A stretch of 64,000 nucleotides of DNA from Camelus ferus (Eukaryota), in assembly GCF_009834535.1 (NCBI RefSeq), contig NC_045696.1, forward strand, positions 14,634,001 through 14,698,000, given 5' to 3'. How positions within the stretch are numbered: position 1 is the stretch's first letter; every line of letters begins with the position of its first letter. The translations under genes were made by a program, and so were the position numbers. Shown in pieces: positions 52,098 to 64,000 of this stretch. The notes below the pieces were generated by a model. The model was not told the DNA's origin and searched no databases. It worked only from the letters and a program-made list of their open reading frames with translations.

Positions 52098-52971
52098 CTG
52101 TGTGTGTGTGTGGCAGGGGAGGGTCTCCACATATCATATAACAATTCTCCAGATACCAGCTGTGTGGATTCAACTCAATTCAACTCAATTCTGACACTAT
52201 CTACCTGGAGGTCACATCAGCTTTCACAGGTTAAGGGCTCAGTCCCACAGGACTGTTCTCCACCTCAGATGACATTGCAAAAACCAAGTTACTACCTGTG
52301 CTTCTTAAGAACTGGCTATAAATCAGAGGTTTCCATGACCACCTCCTTGGGTTTGATTAGTTTGCTAGAGTGGCTCACAGAACTTAGGTAATCAATTTAC
52401 CCACTAGATTATTAGTTTATTATAAAAATATATTAAAGGATATGAATCAACAGCTAGATGAAAAGACACGTAAGGTGAGGTCTCCAAGGGATCCTTTGTC
52501 CCTATGGAGTTTGGGCCCTGCATAGTGGCACGTAAAAGTGTTCTGTTTCCCCAGACTAGAAGCTCTCTGAAACCTCTTTCTTTTGGGTTTTTATGAAGAC
52601 TTCCTTACATATGCATGGTTGATTAAATTACTGGCTGTTGGTATTTGATTCAACATCTAGTCCCTCTTCCCTCCCTTGAAATCAGGGGATGAGACTGAGT
52701 GTCCCACCCCTCTATTTATGGTTGGTCAACCTGGCACCCAGCCCCCAGCCTTAGCTGATTTCCAAAAGTCAACTCCTCAACATAAAGTCAGCTATGGTGG
52801 AAAGGGGTTTGTTATGAATAACAAGACACCCATTTCACCTTTCTGGCTTTAAAGTGATTTCAGGAACTGAAGGTAAGAGACCAATTATTATAATAAACAA
52901 TGCTCCCATTGTTCGTGTGCTCAGGAATCTAAATGACCAAATTTTTATTTCTTATAAATCACAGTATCACG
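52098..52971 (-). mobile_element. MER21-like ERVL LTR
   Basis: aattcaactcaattctgacactatctacctggag...cacaggttaagggctcagtcccac...ctggctataaatcagaggtttccatgacc...tttgctagagtggctcacagaact; ends tttcttataaatcacagtatcac. Confidence 0.88.
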
Positions 52972-53610
52972 CATGAAAACTGCAAAACTGTTGGCGTTCA
53001 ACCCCTCACACTAAGAGGGAATACCAGTCTGGCTTCTACAGTCCAAGACCATGTCCCTAGGATGACCCCAATTCTTTTAAGTGAACCGCTACTCTAAGAA
53101 AGTGCAACACTGCCAAAAGAATTTACTATTTGTTCCAGCCAAAACTTAACTATACACTGCTCACCTCCCTTTTCTTAGAGAATTTACTTTTGAAAATTTG
53201 TGATTATAAATCCTTTCTCTGCCCGTTTGAGATGTAAATTTCCTGCTACTCAGCACTATTTTCTCAAAGACCTGAGAGTCATCACTTTGACATTCAAATA
53301 TGCATAGAGATAACCCCCCTTATCTCTTAGTTCCTGTGGGAATGTAAGTGTCTATCTTTGATGTACTTTGCATAATTACCTCCTGTCATGAAGATAGGAG
53401 AAGTATGTTTCTCCTCTTTGAATAAGTGCCAATTAGCAAACACAGATGGCCTAATCACATCCACCAATCCCTGCTTTCCAGCATCCTTCCATGCTTTTTC
53501 TTTAACATATTCCAGGGTTAAAAAGCCTCCTGCTTTTTGTTGCCAGCTCAGTTTACACTGAAGTCTCTCCTACTGCAGTAGTCTGAATAAAATATGTCTT
53601 GTCACATTTT
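52972..53610 (+). mobile_element. MER31/MER67-group ERV1 LTR (probably incomplete)
   Basis: aatttactatttgttccagcc, tctcaaagacctgagagtcatcactttga, ccaattagcaaacacagatggcct, ctactgcagtagtctgaataaa. Confidence 0.7.
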
Positions 53611-54056
53611 ATACAAGGGAAAAGTTATGAATGAGACTCTGACGGCATCATTGTAAGAGAGCCCTAGTGATAGTGGGTAACTTCCAAGATGCCTGTGTAA
53701 GTAGCAGCTAGGTAGCTGTGAAAACTGCATCAAAAGGTACATGTGAAAACCATTCTCTGACCCTTTTGGCAATTCCCAGAATTCAAGGATAGGTAAATAC
53801 AGAGGCCTGAAAATAAGTTTAATTTTTAAATTAAACTTAAACTGTAATGCATCAGTGAGGATAGGGTGACATACACATTTCAGATGCTCAATAAAGGTTA
53901 TGGAATAAATAACTATTTTATGGTGGTTTCAGAATATTGATAGTGATGCCATCAGCTATAAATGCTTGTGGGCAATCACCTGGGCCAGTACTGTTTGAGG
54001 CAAGCCCTCCCAGACATTTCCTTCCCTGGAGCTGAATTTGTGGCTGGATTGACCCT

Positions 54057-54539
54057 TGTGGATTTTTATTATGACTACAAGATGCACCTCAGCAACAATC
54101 ATTAGGGAGATTTGAAAAGACACATTTATTACTCACAAGTCCTAGAGGGACACCTGAGGCTGAAGCAGAGAGGTTGGGGGTAGAAAGAGAGAGAGAGCAG
54201 ACTTGGGGTTCTGTCTTTATTGGGATCAAGGGTGGGGTGACTAGGATTTTGTGGGCTCACTTTTTATTGGTGAATTTAAAACATAAGAGCAGGTATTAAA
54301 GTGCAGGAAGGAGAAAGCAAGAAGTCAGTCAAATGGATAGTTATCTAAGTCAACCAGAGCCCTCTAAAACAAAAGAGAACTTCTTGGGTGAAGTGGCCTG
54401 AATCTTTATTTTTTTGTGTAGCTGAAAATGTGTTTATTCTGAATGGATGTCTTTGAAGTGGATGGATGGGCAATCAGAGCTTAATGTCAGGCACTCATAT
54501 TATAGTCAAAAAAGCTAATTGTTAGGACCTTACACTATA
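54057..54539 (-). mobile_element. ERVL-type LTR (LTR53/MER54-like group, tentative)
   Basis: atttattactcacaagtcc (minus-strand AATAAA), gagagagagcagacttggggttctgtctttattggg (minus-strand TATA-like region); ends ccttacactata. Confidence 0.6.
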
Positions 54540-54654
54540 ATAACAATTCATGCTAGACAGAAAGCAAATACACTCACTTTGACTGTAAAATTCCATAATG
54601 AAAATAGTGAATTTGCTACTCAATTTGATTAAGTGAACAGACATATCCCATTAA

Positions 54655-56285
54655 ATTTTTTATGACATGACTTTTTTTAGATCAGATTTAAGTTTACAAC
54701 AAAATTGAGAGGGAGGTAGTACAGAGATTCCCCATATACCCCCTGCCCTGACAATGCATATCCTCCCCCTTATCAACATTATTCACTAGAATGATACATT
54801 CTGTTTTTTTATCAAAGGTAAAACTACACTGACACATCTTATTTACCCAAAGTCCAGAGTTTTTACCTTAGGTTTCACTCTTGGTGTTGTATGTTCTGAG
54901 TTTATACAAATTTATAATGATATATCATTATAATATCATAATATCATACAGAATATTTTCACTGTCCTAAAAGTCTTCTGTGCCCTGCCAATTTATTGCC
55001 CCACACCCACTCCCATAGGAATCAAGAATCTTTTTATTTTCTCCATAGTTTTGTCTATTCCATAATGTCATATTGTTGAAATCATACAGTATGTAGCTTT
55101 TCCAGATTGGCTTCTTTCATTTAGTAATTATGTACTTAAGGTTCCTCCATGTCTTTTCACAGCTTGATAGTTCATATGTTTTTAATGCTAAATAATTCCA
55201 TTATTGGGATGTACCACAGTTTATTTATCTACTCACCTACCAAAGAAAATGTTGGTTTCTTACAAGATTTCATAATTATGAATAAAGCTTCTGTAAACAT
55301 CTACATTCAAGTTTTTGCGTGGACATAAATTTACAGTTCCTTCGGGAAAATATTAAGGAGTATGATTGCTGGATTGTATGGTAAAGGTATGTTTGGTTTT
55401 GTAAGAAGCCACTAAACTTTTTTCCCAAAGTGGCTGTATCCTTTTACATTCTCACCAGCAATGTATGAGTGTTCCTGTTGCTCCACATCTTCTGTAGCAT
55501 TTAATGTTGTCAGTCTAATGGCCAGTTAGATTTTGGCCATTCTAATAGGTGTTTGAATGTATCAAATTATTGTTTTTATTTGCATTTCTGTGATAAAATC
55601 ATGTGGAGCATCTTTTTATATGCTTATCTGTCATCTGTATATCCTCTTTGGTGGGGTGTCTGTTAAGGTCATTGATTCATTTTTAAATAAGATTGTTTGT
55701 TTTTTAATTGTTGAGTTTTAAGAGTTCTTTGTATATATTGGATGAGTTTTTGTAAATATTTTTTTCCCAGTTTTAGGATGAGTAACTTGTCTTATTGTTC
55801 TTTTGATAATGTCTTTTGCAGAGAAGAAACTTTTAATTTTAATCAAGTCCAGTTTATCAATTATTTCAGCCATAAATCATGTCTTTGATGTATCTAAAAT
55901 TTATCACTATATCCAAGGTCATCTAAGTTTTTTCCTATGTTATCTTCTGAGAATTTTATAGTTTTGTGCTTTACATTTAGGTCTTTGACCCATTTTGAGT
56001 AAATTTTTCCTAAGGAGGTAATATATACATCTAGATTCATTTTGGTTTTTTGCACGTGGATGTCCAGTTGTCCAGTATTTATTAAAGAGACTATTTTGCT
56101 CCATTATATTGCCTTTGTTCTTTTGTCAAAGATCAGATGACTATATTTATTAGGTCTATTTCTGGGCTCTCTATTCTGTTCCATTTATCTACTTTATTTT
56201 TTAGCCAGTACCACAGTGTCTTGATTATTGCAGTTTTATAGTAAGTCTTGAAGTTAGATAACAAGAATTTTCTAATTTTTTTCTT
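54655..56285 (-). mobile_element. L1MC1-like LINE, 3' UTR and end of ORF2
   Basis: aaaattgagagggagg...acagagattccccatataccccctgccc...cccaaagtccagag...ttcactcttggtgttgta, continuing through the usual antisense ORF2 C-terminal sequence to gtaagtcttgaagt. Confidence 0.92.
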
Positions 56286-56539
56286 CTATCATGTTAATTT
56301 ATTACTAACCCTAGCTTAATCAAAACCACTTTTGAAATACAAAATTACTTGCAAACAGCCAGTGAATGCATAGGAAGATGAAAGAAAAAGAATATATGTA
56401 CAATAATTCAGGTCATGCCATGTCATAAGTCATGGTGAATTACTAAAGAATTGGTTCAAGGTTTTGCTGATTACTATCAGCTGGGAAAAAAGAATCAATC
56501 TAGCCTTCCCCAACGTTCGCTATCTCCAAAAATAGGACT

Positions 56540-57000
56540 TCCATTGATCAATTCTGCACTGAAGGAGACAAGGAGACACTCTTAATATTTCTTTCTTACA
56601 TCATCCTTCATATCAAATGCATCATGGAATCCTGCCAATTTTACCTGCTGTAATGTCTCTTAAATCTATTCATTTCTCACTATCTCCACCATCACTAAAA
56701 GGACAAGCCATTTCCTCTGTCCTAGACTCTTGCAAAAGCCTCCCATTCAGTTAATTTTTCATCTTGCCATGAGAAATACATCCTTACAAGGCAAAGTAGA
56801 ACATGACATTGCTCACCACTGGCCCCACCCCCAAGTACTCCTAACTCTGTATCCTCATCTACATTTGCATATTATTTTTCATCTGCAAACATATAGCATC
56901 ATTTACTTACTTATTGTCTTTGTTAACATATATTTGCAAATGTCCAAAGTAAGGCCTATATAAGCCAGGCAATAAATATTTGTAGAATAGTTGTTGAGTG
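56540..57000 (+). mobile_element. L2 LINE fragments including the 3' end
   Basis: catatcaaatgcatcatggaatcctgccaattttacctg...ttgcaaaagcctcccatt...aataaatatttgtagaat. Confidence 0.6.
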
Positions 57001-59274
57001 TTCTTAGAATGAAAACTAAAGTTCTTTATATGGTAAACAAGTTCCTGCATTGTCTCACCTGCCTTTTTTCTCCATTCTGCTCTAAACTTACAGACTTTCT
57101 AGATTTGTTACCACGAATTTGGTAAAGGGAGGGGTAGGGGGCAGAAAAATTCTTACATTTCTGGGCAACAATCTGTGAGGGTGCAAAAAACCCCACAAAT
57201 GCAGAAGGTAGTAGATAGTTAGGGCAAAATTACATTATACTATTGGCAGAAACATTTAACCCTAGTTAGTGCCATTGCATCTTTCTTCTTTGGCAAATCT
57301 CAATTTTTTTGCCTTAATAATTTCCAAAAATTTTATTGTTCCCTATCAATTATCAATTTCTTTATAAAACCTTCCCTAAGAGCAACATTTATCCTCTCTT
57401 TCTTAGTTATTTCCTTTCTTCGGACACTGTCCCTTTCCTGTAGAGATATTTCAATTTAAAGTTAGACATGATTTCCTACAATTAATTGTATAGGTGAAGT
57501 CATCTCTATTGGAATATTAGTTTCATGAAAACAATGGCATGTTTTATAGTTTTTGGCACTAGAAGATAATGAATTCATATTTATTTATATCATTTGAAAA
57601 CTACTGACAAAAAGAGGAAGAAGGAAAGAGAGAAAGAAGAAAAGAAAAAAAATAACATATGGCCTAAAGAAAAAAATTATAGAGAAATTATCACAAATAT
57701 TCATCTATTTCCCATTCATTTTAATTATTTCTTTGGAGCTGCTAATATAGCATAACAGAAATGATGGAAATAATGAAAATAATGAAATCCTTTTTGTCTC
57801 AGTGAAGTCCTTATGAACTTCACGCATGAAAAAGATAATAGAAGGCGAAAGAGGACCAGCAGCTTCTAGACCTCAATTACTTTCATCATCCACAGTTTTA
57901 ATCTCATTACTCTGAGTAATATGAAGAATCTACTTCATTATAAATAGGGAGTAATATGACAGATACTTGCTATTAACCATTGAAGACTGACATTTATGCA
58001 AGTATGTATAGTGAAAATCCTTCCAACGTCACATTTCGATGCACTGAATTTTGAAACATACAAGGGACGGCTTCCTTACATGCTGATAATCCTTTAAAAG
58101 CAACCTCAGAGCTATTCTCTTTTGCTCCATGTGGTTCTCTAGGAATGCAGGAAATCAATAAGGCTAGCTGTGGGCATGAGGTACCCTTCTGATGACCCAT
58201 ACATCTGAACTCACACTGAAAGAAAGTATCCAGAATATGAAGGTTTGAATGTCTGCCAGATGTAACAACCAAACGCTGTTGGGATAAACCATAATATTTT
58301 AATTTTTTTCTCCCACATTGGGCAGAGAGATGGTTAAATTTGCCTCTGATTTTACTTCTATGGACTGCTGCTTAATGAATTCTTATTTTTACACTCAACT
58401 AATTCTTTCTTTCCTGTTGGCTAATACCATCTCCGTGAATTTTATTTTTAAGTCATTTCAACTGAATCTTTCTGGATTTTTACTTCTTGGACTCCTTTGT
58501 TTTTGGTTTAAATCTCCCTTTATTACTTTTTTCTTAGGGCTCTGGATACAATCCATTTCTATCATAGACTGAATTTGACTTGCTTTTCTTGTATCGTCCT
58601 AGTTTAACTCTCTTGTCTTTTGGTGGAAAGATAAAAATATTGGTCAGGTTCCTTTAGATGGACTGAAAACTGCTTAGTTCATAGGAAAATTTGTTCTCTC
58701 TTTACTTCCAAGAAGCCTAAGTGATACCCTTTAATTACTGACGACTGGAGGAAAAGATGTGTTCATATAAAACAAGATAATACCCTTCTCTACATTGCAA
58801 ACTCCAATGGTCACTGCTGAGGAGGGAGGATTTCTAGCAAGGCTTTTTGTTTTTCTAAAATTTGATGAAGGGTAGATATTTAATTGAGAAAAGGTTTGAT
58901 GGGGTTTAATCCCAGAATTCTGAAAAGGGGTCAAGAAAATGGTTGAAAACACCTGGAAGAAAGCATAAATGTGGCAGCTGTCATAAGAAATGAATACTTG
59001 GGAAAACAAAAAAGTTTAAGGGAATTTATAGGAAGTGCTTTAGTGTAAAGTAATTTCCTCTTTCATCTTTCCATAAAGCCTTTAGAATTTTTAACATATC
59101 TGTTAATGTCTTCAGAGTTGGGTGTGTGTATGCACACATGTGTATGTTTGTGTTATGTAACAAGTTTTGTAAGACAGTCTTCTAGATGGGAGCTGGATGA
59201 GAGCAGAGCCATATTCAATATCTCTTAGATCTCTTTTTTTCTCTCAGTCTCCATTATTTAATATGCATAATGCT

Positions 59275-59945
59275 GACACTCATTTCTTTAACACATACTA
59301 ATTGTCCAGCTACATACCAGAACACTTCTCCAGGTGCTCGGGGAGCATGACTGACCAGAACAGACAAAAACATTGTTCTTAAGAAGCTAATATTCCAAAA
59401 AGCTGGGGAAGAAAGTCAATAGAAAATAGAAATCATAAAATAATCTATAGTAAAGTATATAGTAGCTAAGTTGGTTATAGTTAGTGTGAAAAAAGGAAGA
59501 AGCCGTGCAGGGGAGGCAGGACAAGAAATTGTGAAGGGGAGGGGATGGGATGGTTTTAGATATGTCTTGAGGATTGGCCTCACTGAACTGACATCTGAGA
59601 AAATTATCGAAAGCTGTGCAGAAGCAGGTCCTGCCAGTATCTCAGAGAAGACTTCTTCACATGAGGGAATCAGTGCAAAGGGCCTGAGGTGGGAGTGTGA
59701 CTGCTGTGTTTGAGACAACAAGGACAGCATGGCTGGATTAGAACAAAGAAGGGAGGAGACTAAGAAAGGGAGCAGTAGTACAATAGGAGATGAAGTTAGA
59801 GACACAAAAGGGAAGGAGAAGGACAGATGACACTGGACTCTAGAGGACATTCCAAGGATTTTGGCTTTTGCCCTGAGAGAACAGTGAGTTATTGAAGGTT
59901 TTCAATAGATGATATTACCTGGCTCATGTTTTTACAGGATACCCA
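59275..59945 (-). mobile_element. L2 LINE fragment
   Basis: gagggaatcagtgcaaagggcctgaggtgggagtgtgactgctgtgtttgagacaacaaggacagcatggctgga...aaggattttggcttttgccctgag, L2 in antisense. Confidence 0.85.
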
Positions 59946-61329
59946 TTAACTACATCACTGCAATGTACTACATTGACTCATAGTTCCAAAAGCGTTTTGT
60001 TAAATTTTGAAACTGCTACATAGAAATATAAACTCTAGTCAGGCAAATATAATGATGTGCTTAGGTTTATAGGGCTTGGCTTACTAAATAGGGATCAGGT
60101 AGACTCAGGTTCTAGTCCTGACGGCTCCCAAATGGCTCTTGAATTGTTCCAACTCTTTTTCCTTTATAGGGCTTGGAACTTTCAACTTCAAAACAAAGGA
60201 TGCATGGCCAGGTTGCCCCCCAGGAATTTCTCATTTTCATATCCACACTTTACACAGAATGTAAGTTCTGTGAGGTATTTGATTTTATCATGTTCTTTGC
60301 TGTACTTCCCAAGCAGAACTTATTTTTCACCACCTAGCAAGTGCTCAATAATCTTTGTCAAGTGAATTTTAAATTTGGTTATTTAATTAATATTTGTGAA
60401 TAAATGATTATGTGTTGATGAGCATATTCTCTTTAATTATGTTTTTATGATTATTATAATTATTATCTACTGCAAAGTATAATTAATTTAATAAATAAAT
60501 TGATGTAAAATAGTTATTAGCACCCTTCAATGAGTCCTGTGACCCTACTCATAATTTTTCACTAATGCACAAAATTTTGAAGCACATGTTATGAATTATA
60601 TTAGCAATCATATTTAATCACTGCATTTGAAAGGAGCAACTGTAGAAAAACATAGACAGTTTTTATTTTCTGAATTTTGTCCTGGTTATTGTCCCAAGCA
60701 TGTGTATCCACGAGAAAAAGTTGCCTTCAGCACATATGAAAATAGGGAGCCCCCCCCCAAAATTCTCAATGTCCTTTTGAAACTACAGGTACAATTCTGC
60801 ATCCAAGTTTAACTGCCTGTTCATAAAATATAATATCGGGGGGAAAAAAGTACAGCCAGCATGCTACTCAGGTAGGTTGAATTTTTATTATTTCAATTAA
60901 TTAAGCTTAAAGGCATGTAATGAGTCTGTGATGGAAAGTTTCAAAGCTGCCAGATAACATTTGCATTTGATTTGTGTACTATTTTCAGCTATATATGATT
61001 GCATACAGTGGCATGTCAATAGGGAAAACAAAACAAAATAAAACTTAGCCCTTTGATTCTTAGCAAAAGCATGAAACTACAGTGGTTCTATGGCTCTTGT
61101 CAACAATTAATAAATAGAAGACTGTGTTAGTTGAGAGATGTCATCTACCATAAACTTGATTATTCTTCAAATGCCTTTGAGGTATTATTTAATATTAGTG
61201 ATATGTATGCTTTCTATTTTATAGTTAAAAAAGCTCTTTCATATCTCTTACTGCTTTTAATCCATAATAGTAGCAATTGAGAACCTGTTAAATAAGTTCT
61301 ACTTTACTTGTCTTGATAGAATGTGATAG

Positions 61330-61580
61330 AATGTGACAGAATACTATGATAAACCGGAAGGAAGATTTTTATGAGACTCAAAGAGAAAAAGCCACCATTT
61401 AGATGCACAGCTCATAAGTCAAAGCTCAGGGTTTCTTTCCATTATACTGTAATTCCTAATTTACTGATGAGAAAATGGAGAATTAAGAGAGTGTAAATGA
61501 TTTACCTAAAGACCTTCCTGTTAAAGGTTGGAGTCACTACATGAGTCAGCATTTCCTTATTTAAATTCTATGCCTTTGCC
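61330..61580 (-). mobile_element. MIR fragments (two adjacent pieces)
   Basis: attcctaatttactgatgagaaaatggag...agagagtgtaaatgatttacctaaagacc. Confidence 0.5.
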
Positions 61581-61706
61581 TACATCTGAAAGTCTTAGGT
61601 GCTAGAAAGTTAGAAAGGTGTTCCATACATAGCCTTAAAAACTAAGACAAAATAGAATAAGAAAATGTCTGTCAATGATCTAGACAACAGCATATTTTGA
61701 CAGTGA

Positions 61707-61746
61707 AAATAATAATAGTAATAATAATAGTAACAATAATAATAAT
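61707..61746. repeat. Imperfect (AAT)n microsatellite
   Basis: Read directly from the sequence. Confidence 0.9.
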
Positions 61747-61851
61747 GAACATTTGAGTGGACTGGACTAATGGAAAGTATTAAATGTTAATTACCATAAA
61801 CTGAATAAATACAAAAATGGCAACATTAACTATAATTCAGTAGAGCAAATT

Positions 61852-62048
61852 CGGAGGTTAGCAAACTTTTTCTTAAAGGGTCACAGTGTAGATATTTGAG
61901 GCTATTCAGGTCAAGAGACAAATCTAGGCTATTATATAAGTATTTACAATCTGTTTAAAATGTGGTCACTTAAAAATGTAAAGACCATTTGTAGCTTGCA
62001 GGCTGTACAAAAACAAAGTACCAGACTTTGGCCCATAGGCTGTAGTTT
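61852..62048. mobile_element. MER58-type hAT MITE
   Basis: ggaggttagcaaactttttcttaaagggtcacagtgtagatattt...taaaaatgtaaagaccatt...gcaggctgtacaaaaac...tttggcccataggctgtagttt. Confidence 0.8.
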
Positions 62049-62050
62049 CC

Positions 62051-62161
62051 TTTTTTTAAATTTTTATTAAAAAAATTTTAATTGAGGTACAATGAATTAC
62101 AATGTGTCAATTTCTGGTGTACAGCACAAAGTCTCAGTCGTGCATATACATTGACATATTT
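62051..62161 (-). mobile_element. Very short camelid-type L1 3' end inserted in the MER58 terminus
   Basis: T-tail plus attgaggtacaatgaattacaatgtgtcaatttctggtgtacagcac...tgcatataca; tgtagt repeated on both sides. Confidence 0.75.
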
Positions 62162-62554
62162 GTTGTAGTCTGTGCCCCAAGAAATTGTGTACAAGGGGGT
62201 GTTCATATGAAATCTGACTGTATTCTCATTCCTCTCACTGAGGCTTTGAGTCCTGCTTTTGAAACCTGAAAGTCAGAGGACTATGTGTACTATGTAATTT
62301 TGTTCTCAAACTGATATCTCTGCTTTTTCCTTTAATGGATTGGCCTGAATTTACCTCAGTCTCCACCAAGGAAAGGAGAATTCTCTCTAGAACTGTCTAT
62401 TTCTGGCAGTGGTAAACCTTTGAGAAAGAATAGCCATTTTTATTAATATTGGTCACTATATTTATTAATTTCTCTGCATAGAAACTGCTGTGAAAGATTC
62501 TTTCTTAGCCATGAATATTAGGAAAACTTCATTTCTATGGAGGGAAAGACAGCC

Positions 62555-62726
62555 CAGGGTTAGCTGGATTCACAAACATGTGATCTGTGCACTCGTACTG
62601 GATGCTTAGAAAATTTCTTGGTTTTAATGTTTATCTGCTGCTATTTTTAAATTCTAAATAACTTTTGAATAAAGGGATCTGCATTTTTCTTTTGCACTGG
62701 GCCCTGCAAATTGTGTAGTAGATCTG
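62555..62726. mobile_element. MER91-like hAT-Tip100 MITE
   Basis: tgcatttttcttttgcactgggccctgcaaattgtgtagtagatctg resembles the recalled MER91 terminus. Confidence 0.55.
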
Positions 62727-63036
62727 GATGGACCTTCATGGACAATTTACCTTCTATACATGGTAATTTTTCCATTTTTGTGTTGGTTACCATGAAACTC
62801 AGAGTGAAATCTGCAGCCCAACATTAATAACAATTTAAGAATCTATGACCCACATACATAAAAACAAACTTTCCTTCCAGACACCATTTTCTTTTCTATG
62901 TATACTTTCTTTAGCACTTAAAAAAAAATTCATTTTCATTGCATGTATTTTGGAATGCCACTAATAATTATATATTGGAGCAAGGGACACTATAAATATA
63001 AATTTATTTATACATCAAAAATGAATTTAATATTGA

Positions 63037-63767
63037 TACACCATGCAAAAAAAATTAAAATGGATTAAAGACTTAACTGTAAGACCTAAAACCACAAAAC
63101 TTCTGAAAGAAAACATAGGCAGTATGGTCTCTGATATCAATCTTAGTAATATTTTTTGGTATGTTTCCTCAGGCAAAAAAAATAATAAATTCAGAAATAA
63201 ACAATGAGATTACATCAAATTAAAAAGCTTTTGTACAGTGGAAAAAAAACTATCAACAAAACAAAAAGACTACTACTGAATGGAAAACTATATTTGCAAA
63301 TGATATATCTGATAAGGGGTTAATATCCAAAATATACAGAAAAACGTCATACAACTCAACATTAAAAAAACCAAACTGATTAAAAAAATGATCAGAGGAT
63401 ATGAATAGAGATTTTTCCAAAGAAGACATACAGGTGACCAACAGGCACATGAAAAAATGCTCAGGGTCACTAATCATCAGAGAAATGCAAATCAAAACCA
63501 CAATGAGATCACATCACATCTGTCAGAATGACTGTCCTCAAAAAGACAACAAGGATGTGGAGAAAAGGAAACCCTTGTACACTGTTGATGGGAATGAAAA
63601 TTGGTGCAGCCACTATAGAAAATGGTGTGGATTCCCCACAAAATTAACAATTGAACTACCACATGATCCAGCAATTCTACTCCTGGGTATTTATTCAAAG
63701 AAACAAACAAAAAAACTAATTAGAAAAGGTCTGTGCACTCCAATGTTCATTCTAGTGCTGTTTGCAA
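63037..63767 (+). mobile_element. L1 ORF2 C-terminal fragment (frameshifted, non-functional)
   Basis: ORF 63401-63805 ([36 protein letters not shown]...[15 protein letters not shown]...CTPMFI) matches the L1 ORF2p C-terminal domain; upstream aaatggattaaagacttaa...gaaaacataggc. Confidence 0.93.
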
Positions 63768-64000
63768 GTGTGATTTCATTTCTAAGATACTGTAGGTATA
63801 AATAATAAATTATTAGAAAGGAAGCACTGATTCATGACCCAACCTACATACCTACATAACACAGACAGTAAGTTTCTGTAGAACCCAATTGCAAAGTATT
63901 CTGGGAATCCTCTACATGCTATTTAACATTTGCTCATAAATGGGTTTATTATGACTGGAGGCTTCTGCTTTGCGACCAGTCATTGTAGGTTTTTTTTTTT

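Noticed and set aside
59416..59850. Longest ORF (144 aa, hydrophobic) as a membrane protein
   Set aside because: It lies entirely within an L2 fragment, whose CT-rich strand explains the S/L/P/F bias.
61313..61342. GATAGAATGT tandem and other short repeats as a CRISPR-like array
   Set aside because: Only about three adjacent units with no unique spacers, in mammalian DNA with no cas genes.
63401..63805. 134-aa ORF as a functional CDS
   Set aside because: It is a degraded fragment of L1 ORF2p in a truncated element, with deletions and frameshifts, and runs into unrelated flank.
1..64000. The supplied ORFs (60-144 aa) as genes
   Set aside because: They are short, often start at TTG/GTG, have low-complexity F/L/I/K-rich composition, show no recognisable domains apart from L1 remnants, and many lie inside repeats.

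Overview
AT-rich mammalian genomic DNA, most likely camelid (alpaca or camel), inferred from two Vic-1-type tRNA-derived SINEs and camelid/artiodactyl-type L1 3' ends. I recognise no protein-coding gene, RNA gene, CpG island or prokaryotic feature. The window reads as intergenic or deep-intronic sequence built largely from transposon fossils: L1/HAL1, L2, L3/CR1, MIR, hAT MITEs and about 18 LTRs. The supplied ORFs look like chance ORFs or LINE/LTR fragments. Two things stand out. First, an ERV2/betaretrovirus-like solo LTR (41411-42022, 6-bp TSD) carries a half-copy of an MPMV-type constitutive transport element (CTE; NXF1/TAP-binding motif) and an unusual doubled end with a PBS-like stub. Second, a 2.5-kb four-LTR module (11940-14422) consists of two inverted copies of one ERV1 LTR family, each interrupted by a different nested LTR. 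I cannot support a wholly new biological system here. Family names come from recalled consensus sequences, not database searches, and the boundaries of old repeats are approximate.
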